NCBI GenBank assembly: GCA_965247095.1
Contig: OZ251997.1
Span: 4,512,001-4,576,000 of the forward strand
Origin: Candidatus Multivorans sp.
Lineage (GTDB): Bacteria > Acidobacteriota > Thermoanaerobaculia > Multivoradales > Multivoraceae
Direction of reading: 5' to 3'
DNA length: 64,000 nucleotides
Position 1 is the stretch's first letter. The number at the start of each line of letters is the position of its first letter. Shown piece by piece: positions 43,429 to 55,122 of the stretch. The notes under the pieces are model-generated. The model saw nothing but the letters and a program-made list of their open reading frames with translations. It did not search any database and had not been told where the DNA came from. Position numbers and translations under genes: made by a program.

Positions 43429-44946
43429 ATGGCGCGCCGGGCTCCCCAGGGAACGCAGGCCATCCAGCGGGCGCTGTCCCTCTACCGGTCGTTCACGGCG
43501 GAGCAGCCGGAGCATCGGCTGACGGACCTCGCCGCGGCGCACGGACTCCATCCCTCGACGGCGCACCGGCTGCTCGGTGTGCTGGAGGCGGAGGGACTGG
43601 TTGGCCGCAACCCGGACACGCAGGGTTACCGTTGGCTGCCCGAGAGTGGCCTCGGCGGCGGCGAGCGGCCTTTGCGCCGCAACGGCATGTCTCTGTTGGA
43701 GCCGCTCCGGACGCCGTTCCATCGCCGTACGGAGGCTCTGTGCGAGAGCGGCGCCTGGCGCGACTGGTCGGGCTACACCTGCGTCCTGAGCTACGAACCG
43801 ACGCCGGATCGCGACTACTGGGCGATCCGCAACACGGCCGCTCTGATCGACGTGTCGCCGCTGTTCAAGTACGAGATCCGGGGCGCCGATGCAGAGCGTC
43901 TGCTCGACCGCGTCATGACGCGCGACTTCACGAAGTGCCGCGTGGGCCGGGTCATGTACACGTCGTGGTGCAATGAGGACGGCCATCTGCTGCAGGACGG
44001 CAACGTGCAGCGACTGGACCGGGAGCGGTTCCTGGTCAGCGCCGCGGCGCCGTGCCTGCGCTGGTTGGAGGACTGCGCCCTCGGCATGGACGCCGAGGTG
44101 CGGGACGTTTCCGCCGACTCCGGCGTGCTGGCGCTCCAGGGACCGCGGGCGCGGGCGATTGCCGAGGCGGCCGTAGAGGGTGTCGACTTCGCCCGGATGC
44201 GCTACTTCGACCTGGCCGGCGGTGAACTCGGCGTTCCGGCCGGCGACGCCCGCGGCACCCCGGTCACCGTGACCCGCACCGGCTACACCGGCGACCTCGG
44301 CTACGAGTTCTGGATCGCCGCGGAGCACGCGGAGGCGCTGTGGGATGCGCTCGCTGCCGCCGGCGCCGCCCACGGCCTGCAGCCCGCCGGCCTGCTGGCG
44401 CTCGACATGGTTCGAGTCGAGTCGGGTCTGGTGCTGATCGACGTCGACTACGTGTCGGCGTCGCACGCCGAGATCGAGGTGCTCAAGGTCACGCCGGCCG
44501 AGGCCGGCCTGGGCTTCGCCGTGAAGCTCGACAAGCGGGCCGACTTCGTGGGCCGCCGGGCACTGGAGCGGGAGCGCGAACGGGGACCGGCCTGGGCCAT
44601 GGTGGGGCTCGAAGTCGACTGGTTCGAGCTGGAGCGGCTGTGGTCCGAGATCGATCTGCGGCCGCAGGTGGTCGGCGACCCGGCGTCGCGGGCGCCGACC
44701 CCCGTGTTCGCGCCGGGAGGTGAGCAGGTCGGGCAGTGCACGACGCGGTTCTTCTCGCCCTTGCTCAAGAAGTACATCGGTCTGGCGACGGTGCAGGCCG
44801 ACGCGGCCGCGCTCGGGACCGCCCTGGAGCTCGAGGTCGCGGTCGGCTACGGACGGCGACGGGCCCTCGCCCGGGTCGCGCGAAGGCCGTTCTTCGATCC
44901 GGCGCGCAAGACGGCGGTGGGTGCGGCCCTGGGAGGCGGCGCGTGA
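43429..44946 (+). CDS. IclR-type HTH fused to a GcvT/DmdA-like aminomethyltransferase
   Basis: N-terminal QAIQRAL..LTDLA..GLHPSTAHRLL..EGLV (IclR HTH), then LIDVSPL, ALQGP, TRTGYTGDLGYE, RVESG, PFFDP. Confidence 0.85.
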   Translation: MARRAPQGTQAIQRALSLYRSFTAEQPEHRLTDLAAAHGLHPSTAHRLLGVLEAEGLVGRNPDTQGYRWLPESGLGGGERPLRRNGMSLLEPLRTPFHRRTEALCESGAWRDWSGYTCVLSYEPTPDRDYWAIRNTAALIDVSPLFKYEIRGADAERLLDRVMTRDFTKCRVGRVMYTSWCNEDGHLLQDGNVQRLDRERFLVSAAAPCLRWLEDCALGMDAEVRDVSADSGVLALQGPRARAIAEAAVEGVDFARMRYFDLAGGELGVPAGDARGTPVTVTRTGYTGDLGYEFWIAAEHAEALWDALAAAGAAHGLQPAGLLALDMVRVESGLVLIDVDYVSASHAEIEVLKVTPAEAGLGFAVKLDKRADFVGRRALERERERGPAWAMVGLEVDWFELERLWSEIDLRPQVVGDPASRAPTPVFAPGGEQVGQCTTRFFSPLLKKYIGLATVQADAAALGTALELEVAVGYGRRRALARVARRPFFDPARKTAVGAALGGGA

Positions 44947-46658
44947 GCGGCGGCGACGGTTCCGGGCCTGGGAGCGCGGGCGTCTCGCCCGCATCCGATC
45001 CGGCCCGCCGCAGCGGCTGCTTCGACGCGATCGTCGTCGGCGCCGGCCACAACGGTCTCGTCTCCGCGGCCTACCTGGCCCGGGCCGGGCTGGACGTCGT
45101 GGTGCTGGAGCGCGGGCCGGTCATCGGCGGCGCCACGCTGAGCGAGGAGGCGTTCCCGGGCTTCCGGTACAGCGTGTTCTCGTACCTGGTGTCGTTGCTG
45201 CGCCCGGAGGTGATCCACGAACTCGACCTGGTAAGGCACGGCCTGTTCCTGGTGCCGACCGCGAGCACGTTGAACCCGCTGCCGGGCGGCGACTGCCTGC
45301 TGCGCGAGGCGGACCCCCAGCGCACCTACCGCAACATCGCCCGGCACTCGCGGCGCGACGCCGAGGCGCTCTCGGAGTACAAGCTCGAGATGCGCCGTCT
45401 GGGGCACTTGATGTTCCGGCTGCAGCGGGCGGCGCCGGACGAACTCGCGGCGGCGGTCGCCGGTCACGTCGAGGAGGATCCGGAGCAGAGCGGACCGGAT
45501 GTGTCGGCGGAAGTGGCGGACATCGCGCGCTACTTCCTCGACCTGCCGAAGGACCGGATGCGCTCCTTCCTGCAGATGCTGACGATGAGTTCGGCCGACT
45601 TCCTGGACCAGTGGTTCGAGTGCGACGCGCTGAAGGCCGCGCTCTCCTCCTCGAGCATCATCGGCTCCTTCCTGTCGCCGCGCACGCCGGGCTCGGCGTA
45701 CGTGCTGCTGCACCACTACATGGGCGAGATCGACGGGGTGTACCGGGAGTGGGGCTTCCAGAAGGGCGGCACGGGCGGCGTCGCGGCCGCAATCGCGTCG
45801 GCCGCGCGCGGCTACGGCGCCGAGATCCGCACGGATTGCCCGGTTACCCGCGTCCTTGCGCGTGACGGTCGCGCCTGTGGCGTCGTGCTTGCGAACGGCG
45901 ACGAACTCACCGCCGATGTCGTCGTCTCGTCGGCGGCGCCCCAGGTCAGTCTCGGCCGGCTGCTCGACGCCGGCGACGTTCCCGGCGGAGCGGGGGAGGG
46001 GCTTCTCGACCGTGTGTCCCGCTGGCAGAGCAGGGGTTGCGCCGGCAAGGTCAACCTGGCGCTCGACGGACTGCCTCGTTTCGAGTGCATGCCGGAACCC
46101 GGCCCCCACCTCGCGGGCGGGATCACCATCGCTCCGGGTCTCGACTACATCGATCGCGCCTACGACGACGCGAAGTACGGGGGCTTCTCGGAACGTCCGT
46201 TCATCGACCTGATCATCCCCTCCGTCCTCGACCCGGACATGGCGCCGCCGGGGAAGTGCGTGCTGTCCTGCTTCGTGCAGTACGCGCCCTACGAGCTGGC
46301 GGGAACCACCTGGGACGAGCAGCGCGACGCGTTCGGCGACGCCGTGGTGCGGACCCTGGCCGAGTACGCCCCGGGCATCGAGGACCAGGTGCTGCACCGG
46401 CAGGTGCGGGTACCGCCCGACATCGAGGCGATCGCCGGCATTCCGGGCGGCAACATCTTCCACGGCGAGTTGCGTCTGTCGCAGCTCTTCCTGCTGCGGC
46501 CGGATCCGGCTGCCGCATCCTTCCGGACGCCGTTGCCGGGCTACTACCTCTGCGGCTCGTCGACGCAGTTCGGCGGCGGCATCTCGGGCGGGCCCGGGCG
46601 GCTGGCTGCGCTCCGAATCCTCGAGGACCTGCGGCGTGGCGGGGCGGAGGCGCCGTGA
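44943..46658 (+). CDS. Phytoene desaturase-like/PYROXD2 FAD-dependent oxidoreductase
   Basis: VGAGHNGL..AAYLA, GGNIFHGEL, YYLCGS..GGG. GTG start overlaps the upstream TGA. Confidence 0.88.
   Translation: MSGGDGSGPGSAGVSPASDPARRSGCFDAIVVGAGHNGLVSAAYLARAGLDVVVLERGPVIGGATLSEEAFPGFRYSVFSYLVSLLRPEVIHELDLVRHGLFLVPTASTLNPLPGGDCLLREADPQRTYRNIARHSRRDAEALSEYKLEMRRLGHLMFRLQRAAPDELAAAVAGHVEEDPEQSGPDVSAEVADIARYFLDLPKDRMRSFLQMLTMSSADFLDQWFECDALKAALSSSSIIGSFLSPRTPGSAYVLLHHYMGEIDGVYREWGFQKGGTGGVAAAIASAARGYGAEIRTDCPVTRVLARDGRACGVVLANGDELTADVVVSSAAPQVSLGRLLDAGDVPGGAGEGLLDRVSRWQSRGCAGKVNLALDGLPRFECMPEPGPHLAGGITIAPGLDYIDRAYDDAKYGGFSERPFIDLIIPSVLDPDMAPPGKCVLSCFVQYAPYELAGTTWDEQRDAFGDAVVRTLAEYAPGIEDQVLHRQVRVPPDIEAIAGIPGGNIFHGELRLSQLFLLRPDPAAASFRTPLPGYYLCGSSTQFGGGISGGPGRLAALRILEDLRRGGAEAP
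44968..44997 (+). repeat. REP-like palindrome in the 5' coding part of the oxidoreductase
   Basis: CTGGGAGCGCGGGCGTCTCGCCCGCATCCG, translated as GSAGVSPAS. Confidence 0.75.
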
Positions 46659-48169
46659 GCGATCGGGTCGCGATCGTCGGTGGGGGCCACAACGGCCTGG
46701 TAGCCGCCGCGCTGCTGGCGCGCTCCGGGCGGGAAGTCGTGCTGCTCGAGGCGCGGAGCGAACTGGGCGGGCTGGCCTCGACCCGGGAGCTGATTCCCGG
46801 CCACCGCGTCGACTCAGGACACAACGACCTCGGGATGTTCCGCCGCTCCCTGATCGAGGAACTCGAACTGCTTCGCTACGGCCTGGAACTGATCGAGGCG
46901 CCGGCGGTGGCCGCTGTCCCGGCAGCCGGGGACGCCGGCGCCGTCGTGCTCTGGCCTGAAGTCGACCGGACCGTGGAGGGACTCGCTTCGATCAGTGCCC
47001 GTGACGCAGCCGCCTGGCCGCGGTTCGTCGCCGAACTCGCGGAGCGGGCGGAGGCGCTCGAACCGCTGCTGTGCCGGCCGCCGGAACTGGCCGACATGGG
47101 GCGCCTGCTGATTGCGCCGGAACTGCTGCGCTTCGTGTCCGCGCCGCTGGACGAACTGTTGCGCGAGTGGTTCGAGACCCGGGCGCTGGCCGCCGGACTG
47201 TGCGGTCTGGCGCTTCCGGCGACCGGGATGGGACCGCGGGCGAACGGCACCGGCTGGCCGCTGCTCTACCACTGCGCTCTCGGTGGATCCGACCGTCTGG
47301 CGTCCGTCGTGCGGGCGCGGGGCGGCGCGGCCGGGCTGGCAGGGGCGCTCTCGGCTTCGGCCAGGGCCTCCGGCGCGGTGTTCAGGACCGGCGCCGTCGT
47401 CTCGCGGATCCTGGTGGAGGAGGGCCGTGTCGCGGGTGTGCAACTGGCGGACGGTGAGCGGATCGAAGCCGGGGCGGTGATCTCGACCGCGACGCCCACC
47501 GCCACCTTCCTCGACCTGGTCGGCGCGCCCGACCTCGAACCTCGCTTCGTCCGCCGGCTGCTCAAGGTGAAGTACCGCGGCGCCGCGGCCCGGTTGGCGC
47601 TGTCCCTCGACGATCTGCCTCGGTTCCAGGGTCTGGAACGTCCGGCTCTCACCGGACGGATCGTGCTCGCCCAGGATCCGGACGACATCGAGCGCGCGGC
47701 CGACGCGGCGAAGTACGGCCGCTTGCCGGCGCGGCCCTGGATCGAAGCGTCGCTGCCGACGGCTCTCGATCCGTCGCTGGCGCCCGCGGGGCGGCACCTG
47801 CTGCTGGCGACGGCGCACCACTTGCCTTTCGGCCTCGAGGGTGGCTGGAGCTCCGGCGGCCCGGAGCTGCGGGACCGCATGCTGGCCGAACTCGATCGCT
47901 GGGCGCCGGGGATCGACGGTCTGACCCGGGAACACGCTCTGCTGCTTCCCGCGGACTACGAGTCCGAGTACAGCGCCACGGAGGGCGGACTTCACCACGG
48001 CGAGATGAACCCCGGTCAGAGCCTGTGGCTGCGGCCTTCGGCGGCCGCCTGGGCAGGTGAGCCGTTGCCGGTGGAGGGGTTGTGGCTCGGCGGCGCGGGT
48101 TGCCATCCGGGCGGCGGCGTGACCGGCCTGCCGGGCCGGACGGCCGCGGTGTCCCTGCTCAGGGGATAA
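46655..48169 (+). CDS. Second phytoene desaturase-like/PYROXD2 FAD-dependent oxidoreductase
   Basis: VGGGHNGL, GGLHHGEM, GAGCHPGGGV; GTGA overlap. Confidence 0.85.
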   Translation: MSDRVAIVGGGHNGLVAAALLARSGREVVLLEARSELGGLASTRELIPGHRVDSGHNDLGMFRRSLIEELELLRYGLELIEAPAVAAVPAAGDAGAVVLWPEVDRTVEGLASISARDAAAWPRFVAELAERAEALEPLLCRPPELADMGRLLIAPELLRFVSAPLDELLREWFETRALAAGLCGLALPATGMGPRANGTGWPLLYHCALGGSDRLASVVRARGGAAGLAGALSASARASGAVFRTGAVVSRILVEEGRVAGVQLADGERIEAGAVISTATPTATFLDLVGAPDLEPRFVRRLLKVKYRGAAARLALSLDDLPRFQGLERPALTGRIVLAQDPDDIERAADAAKYGRLPARPWIEASLPTALDPSLAPAGRHLLLATAHHLPFGLEGGWSSGGPELRDRMLAELDRWAPGIDGLTREHALLLPADYESEYSATEGGLHHGEMNPGQSLWLRPSAAAWAGEPLPVEGLWLGGAGCHPGGGVTGLPGRTAAVSLLRG

Positions 48170-48271
48170 CCTCCGGCGACTGGAGCCTACGATCAGACGA
48201 CCTTTCAAGCGGCGTTCGCGCTGGCGCCTGCAATGGCGTTCTCGGCCTGACAGCGCACCTGGAGACCATCG

Positions 48272-48808
48272 ATGAAGAACTTCCTCCCCTTCCTGTTCGC
48301 TCTCGGCACCGCGCTGTGCTGGGGGCTCTACGGCCCGGTGTTGGGCAGGGCACGCCTGGTGGACGAGACGATGTCGCCCTTCAAGCCCTACGTCGGCATC
48401 GGCATCGCCTACCTGGCGATCGCGATCGTCGGCGGTCTGATCGGCATGAGAATCATGGGCGACAGCTTCGAACCCACCGGACCGTCCGGCATCTGGGGCC
48501 TCTACGCGGGCATCCTGGGCGCCCTCGGTGCGCTCTCGCTGACCCTCGCCATGTTCAGCGGCGGCGCGCGGATTCCCTACGCCGTGATGCCGGTCGTGTT
48601 CGGCGGCGCGGTCACGGTCACCGCTCTGTACACGCTGGCGCGCGCCAAGGGCCAGATCGAAGTGAGCCCGCTGCTCTGGGTGGGCATTGTTGGCATGTTG
48701 GTCTCGGTGGTCCTCATTACGATGAACACGCCGCACCCCGGGCCGCCGGGCGGCGGCCACGGCGAGCACACGACCGCCGTTGAGGACGGCGATACGGGAA
48801 GCGGCTAG
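48272..48808 (+). CDS. Hypothetical 5-TM membrane protein (half DMT/EamA-like)
   Basis: Five hydrophobic helices, WGLYGP, VMPVVFGGA. Confidence 0.65.
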   Translation: MKNFLPFLFALGTALCWGLYGPVLGRARLVDETMSPFKPYVGIGIAYLAIAIVGGLIGMRIMGDSFEPTGPSGIWGLYAGILGALGALSLTLAMFSGGARIPYAVMPVVFGGAVTVTALYTLARAKGQIEVSPLLWVGIVGMLVSVVLITMNTPHPGPPGGGHGEHTTAVEDGDTGSG

Positions 48809-48886
48809 GCCCGCCGCTGTCCGATCCCTGAGCCGGATCTGCTGAGCCGGCCCTAGGTCAACCGGCAGAACAGGAAAGGAGTGGAG

Positions 48887-49291
48887 CTACTCGACGGCGC
48901 GCGTGGCGGTCGCGGTCATGTCGCCGAAGTCGGTGGCGAACGTGCCGTTGAGCGAGTCGCCATCGACCATGCCGCTGAAGACCAGCGTGAGCTGCTGGCC
49001 ACCGGCGTCGATTTCAACCGTGAAACCCAAGGCGCCGTCTTCGGCAAAGGTGACGTCGGTCGCTTCCACTTCGCCGTCGGGCGAGGCCATCGCGACCATC
49101 AGGCCGCTGGCGTCGCCGCTCACGTTGATGGTCGGCGTCTGGGTGCCGAGCGGCGTCTCGATCGACATGTTCCAGGAGCCGACGGCGGCGGGGAGAGCCG
49201 GCGCACCGTAGGCACTGCAGCCGACGGTGAGCAGGGCCGCGGCCAGTGCGAGCAGGAGGTAGTTGCGGAGTTTCCCAGTTGAGAGGGTCAT
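48887..49291 (-). CDS. Hypothetical exported beta-rich (lipo)protein
   Basis: SD-like GGAAAGG, signal peptide with TVGC, GSWNMSIETP.G. Confidence 0.6.
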   Translation of the reverse strand: MTLSTGKLRNYLLLALAAALLTVGCSAYGAPALPAAVGSWNMSIETPLGTQTPTINVSGDASGLMVAMASPDGEVEATDVTFAEDGALGFTVEIDAGGQQLTLVFSGMVDGDSLNGTFATDFGDMTATATRAVE

Positions 49292-49405
49292 TTCGGCCTT
49301 TCCGGTCCTCGTTGGGACCCGTGTGGTTCGGAGCGTCAACCGGCCCCGGAGTCAAGATCGTGTAGGCGGCGAATGATAGCCGAGCGGCCTCAGCCCTTAT
49401 CGGTG

Positions 49406-50311
49406 TCAGTCGTTCTCCAACTGCCGGCGCATGTCGTCGAACATGGCCAGGTCGGCCAGCGACGGCTCAGGGTTGTGCAGGTCGAGACGGGCCAGGGCGT
49501 CGCGCACGATGTCGGCCACCGCCCAGCGCATGTACGGCTTGTTGTCGGCTGGAATCGCGTACCACGGCGCGTGGCTCTTCGTGGTGGACCTGATCGTTTC
49601 GCCGTACGCGCTCATGTACTCGTTCCAGAACCCCCGCTCACGGACGTCGCTGATCGCGAACTTCCAGTGCTTGTCGGCGCGGTCGAGGCGGCGCAGGAAG
49701 CGGACCTTCTGCTCGTCGCGGGAGACGTTGAGGAAGAACTTGAGAATCAATGTGCCGTTGCGCGCCAGGTGCCGCTCGTGTTCGACGATGGACTCCATGC
49801 GCTGCTGCCAAAGGCCGTTGGGATCCCGGTACGGCAGTTGTTGCTTCTCCAGCAGCTCGGGATGGACCCGCACCACGAGGACTTCCTCGTAGTAGCTGCG
49901 GTTGAAGACGCCGATGCGGCCGCGCTCCGGCAGGTTGCGAGCGGTGCGCCACAGGAAGTCGTGATCGAGCTCCTCGGTCGACGGCTGTTTGAAGCTGAAC
50001 ACCTGGCAGCCGGCAGGGTTGACGCCTGTGAGCAGCGCGTTGATCGTGCTGTCCTTGCCGGCCGCGTCCATCGCCTGGAAGACGAGCAGCACGGCGTGGC
50101 GGTTGTCTGCGTAGAGCAGTCGCTGCAGCCGGCTGATGTCGCGCACGGCGGTTCGGCGCAGTTTGTTCAGCTTCTGGTGGCTGGGCGCGTCCGGCGGCGG
50201 CCCCGTGCTCCACTGCCGCGGGTCGAAGCGCTTCGTGCCCTGGGGCACCAGGTAGCGCTGGGCCGGTTTCTCGGGCTCGCGACGGACGCTTTCGGGACTT
50301 TCTGGTGGCAT
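49406..50311 (-). CDS. ppk2: Polyphosphate kinase 2 family protein (class III-like)
   Basis: QAMDAAGKD, FNRSYYE, KFFLNVS..EQ, PWYAIPADNK. Confidence 0.92.
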   Translation of the reverse strand: MPPESPESVRREPEKPAQRYLVPQGTKRFDPRQWSTGPPPDAPSHQKLNKLRRTAVRDISRLQRLLYADNRHAVLLVFQAMDAAGKDSTINALLTGVNPAGCQVFSFKQPSTEELDHDFLWRTARNLPERGRIGVFNRSYYEEVLVVRVHPELLEKQQLPYRDPNGLWQQRMESIVEHERHLARNGTLILKFFLNVSRDEQKVRFLRRLDRADKHWKFAISDVRERGFWNEYMSAYGETIRSTTKSHAPWYAIPADNKPYMRWAVADIVRDALARLDLHNPEPSLADLAMFDDMRRQLEND

Positions 50312-50481
50312 GAGAGGGGAGGATGCCACAGGCGGCTGGAGGCGCAGAGCGGCCGTGGGCTCTGGATTCCATCAAATGAGTCCACGAGCCGGCCTGAAGG
50401 CGGAGCCCGGCGTCGGTTATGCGCCGATCTGGCGGTGCAGTTTCGTAGACTGTCCCCTCCACCAACGGAAAGGGAGGCAAC

Positions 50482-50811
50482 ATGAACAAAGTCGACTGGT
50501 ACTACCACCGCAACGGCTGAACGAGCTGCAAGAAAGCGTCCAAGTTGCTGGATGCACGTGGCGCGGTGATTGCGGACAGGACTTCAGCGAGCCGGAAGCT
50601 GGGGCGAGCCGAGGCGGAAGCTCTGGTCGCCGAGGCGGAGACGATCTACGTCGCCAGGGGGCGCAAGCAGACGGAACTGCCGGCTTCGGAACCGGGCGCG
50701 GCTGACCTGATGCTGGGGCCGACCGGCAACCTGCGGGCACCGGTGGTCCGGGTCGGCAGCACGCTGATCGTCGGCTACCACGAAGAGGCGCTGAACGAGG
50801 TTCTGGGCTAG
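50482..50811 (+). CDS. ArsC/Spx-like thioredoxin-fold selenoprotein (UxxC)
   Basis: SD GGAGG, ATG 50482, MNKVDWYYHRNG-TGA(50518)-TSCKKA.. in frame with the ORF ending GPTGNLRAP..LIVGY. Confidence 0.85.
50536..50555 (+). promoter_or_regulatory. Candidate bacterial SECIS hairpin
   Basis: GCGTCCA-agttgc-TGGATGC stem-loop starting 15 nt after the in-frame UGA. Confidence 0.55.
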
Positions 50812-50818
50812 CAGCCAG

Positions 50819-53419
<2,601 letters not shown>

Positions 53420-53529
53420 GTCGTTGTCGCCTCGCTGTCCGCGTCGGTTTGTCGGTCGTTTCGCCTTTGGAACGGGGCTGGCGGGAGATCTTATTCCATT
53501 TCGCTTAAGTTGGCTAGATCTGAGTCGTC

Positions 53530-54366
53530 TTACATAAGGATCGCGCTTCGGAGTAGCTCGTCCTTGCGCTGCCAGCGGTCATTGAGCCATTCCTGGACGC
53601 GCTCGGGCGCCACCTCCGTGATCGGGACGGTCTCCCACGCGACGCTCACCGGCCCCGCCGCGCCGCCGAGGAACTCCCAGAACGAAACCGTCCGCGGGTA
53701 GGCGAGGGTCAGGTCGACGATCGTGCCGCCGGCTGGGGCCAGCGCCTCGATCATGGCGGCGAGGCCGCCGGCCCTGGGCGGAAGCACGTGGTCATACGGT
53801 CCGCTTCCGGCTTCGCGCTTGGCCTCCGTGAACCGCGTCCCCTCGGCGAAGGAGAGGATCGCGGCAGGCGAGTCGATCAGGGCAGCGGAGGCTTCGCTGA
53901 CCCGGCGGCGGTCGTCGTCCCGGCGGTTCGCCGGGTTGCCTCCCCGGCGCGCGCGGCGCCGGAGGACCGGGAAGTCGAAGGCAAGGATGATGACGCCGAA
54001 GATCGGTACGTAGAGGAGCTCGCGCTTGCCGAGGAACTTGACGATCGGACCGTTCGTTGCGACGACACTCTGGACGATCAGGATGTCAGCCCAGGATCGG
54101 TGGTTGGCAAGGACGATGTGCGGTCGGGCCGGGTCGAGAGTCAGCTCCTCGAAGTTCCACGAAGCGCCCGAGATGTGCCGGAGCAGCGCGTTGTCGATGC
54201 GCACCGTTCTCCGGTAGATGCGGTTGGACAGGCGGCGGAACCAGGATCGCGTGCGCCGCGGCGCCTTGGCCGGCAGCAGGAGCAGCAGCAGAAGGGCACA
54301 GAAGGCCACGTTCAGCGTGATGGCGGCGAGGCAGGTCGCGGCCGTCAGGTGGCGCGAGAGCGTCAA
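53530..54366 (-). CDS. 1-acyl-sn-glycerol-3-phosphate acyltransferase family (YihG-like)
   Basis: NHRSWAD (HxxxxD), FAEGTRF, LPPRAGG. TTG at 54366 overlaps the stop of an upstream mini-ORF. Confidence 0.85.
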   Translation of the reverse strand: MTLSRHLTAATCLAAITLNVAFCALLLLLLLPAKAPRRTRSWFRRLSNRIYRRTVRIDNALLRHISGASWNFEELTLDPARPHIVLANHRSWADILIVQSVVATNGPIVKFLGKRELLYVPIFGVIILAFDFPVLRRRARRGGNPANRRDDDRRRVSEASAALIDSPAAILSFAEGTRFTEAKREAGSGPYDHVLPPRAGGLAAMIEALAPAGGTIVDLTLAYPRTVSFWEFLGGAAGPVSVAWETVPITEVAPERVQEWLNDRWQRKDELLRSAILM

Positions 54367-54518
54367 GTCCGGTGCGGCGGCCAGAGCAGCAGGGAGTTCG
54401 TGCGCCGGACGTAGTCCTGATAGCCGGGATCGTCGCGCCAGCGGCGGTTCGCTCGGGCGAAGAGGGCGCCTGCGGGCAGGCCGGCTGCGATGCCAAGGAA
54501 GGGAAGGGCTTTCGGCAT
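54363..54518 (-). pseudogene. 51-aa mini-ORF resembling the C-terminus of DUF1295 (steroid reductase-like) proteins; likely a collapsed gene
   Basis: MPKALPFLGIAAGLPAGALFARANRRWRDDPGYQDYVRRTNSLLLWPPHRT; TAGGTT 6 nt before the ATG; TTGA coupling to the acyltransferase. Confidence 0.5.
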
Positions 54519-54540
54519 GGGGCGAACCTAGCAGCCGCTC

Positions 54541-54665
54541 CTGGGAACCCGGGTGGCGCGATCCGCGCCACCCGCGAACCACTCCGTGTGCCCGTCATCG
54601 GACACACGGATGGAACGCGGGCATCCTGCCCGCATCCGGCGCGAAGCGCCGGCCTTCTGGCCGGC
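54541..54665 (+). repeat. Composite multi-hairpin repeat element, copy 2 (intergenic)
   Basis: Near-identical to 8752-8861, plus an extra hairpin GCCGGCC-ttct-GGCCGGC. Confidence 0.85.
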
Positions 54666-54675
54666 ATCCGGACCC

Positions 54676-55041
54676 TCAGTACGGCATATCGTCGTCGCCC
54701 AGCCCGAAGTGGTGCCCCAACTCGTGGACCAGGGTGTCGCGCACCTCGCGCACTACGTCGTCTTCGGTGTCGCAGATCCACAGGATCGGCAGACGGTAGA
54801 TCACGACGCGGTCGGGCAGGGAGCTGTAGCCGCTGCCTCGCTCGTCGAGCGGTACGCCGTGGTAGAGCCCCAGCAGGTCGTCCTCTTCCGGGTCCAGGCC
54901 GACGAGGCGCAGATCCTCCTCGCTCGGTTCCTCCTCGACCACGACCGCGATGTTGTCGAGCAGGTCGGCGAAGGCCCGCGGCAACGTGTCCAGGGCTCGG
55001 CTCAGCAGCCGCTCGAACCGCGGCAGGTCGACCTTGATCAT
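54676..55041 (-). CDS. Zincin-like metallopeptidase family protein (DUF1025-type)
   Basis: LLGLYHGVPL, PDRVVIYR, TLVHELGHHFG. Confidence 0.9.
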   Translation of the reverse strand: MIKVDLPRFERLLSRALDTLPRAFADLLDNIAVVVEEEPSEEDLRLVGLDPEEDDLLGLYHGVPLDERGSGYSSLPDRVVIYRLPILWICDTEDDVVREVRDTLVHELGHHFGLGDDDMPY

Positions 55042-55122
55042 GGGCGGTGCGTAGTTTCCATGTGTCGCTGCGGCCGACCGGGGTGCTGTTAGGGTCCGCC
55101 GAACCGCGAACTGAGCGATTCC

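Noticed and set aside
44943-48169. Carotenoid biosynthesis (crtI) cluster
   Set aside because: No crtB/crtE/crtY nearby; the GcvT, Rieske and transporter context points to catabolism.
53500-53530. HspR (HAIR) or CIRCE operator upstream of lon
   Set aside because: Only one near-consensus half-site (CTTAAGT) is present; the other arm matches poorly.
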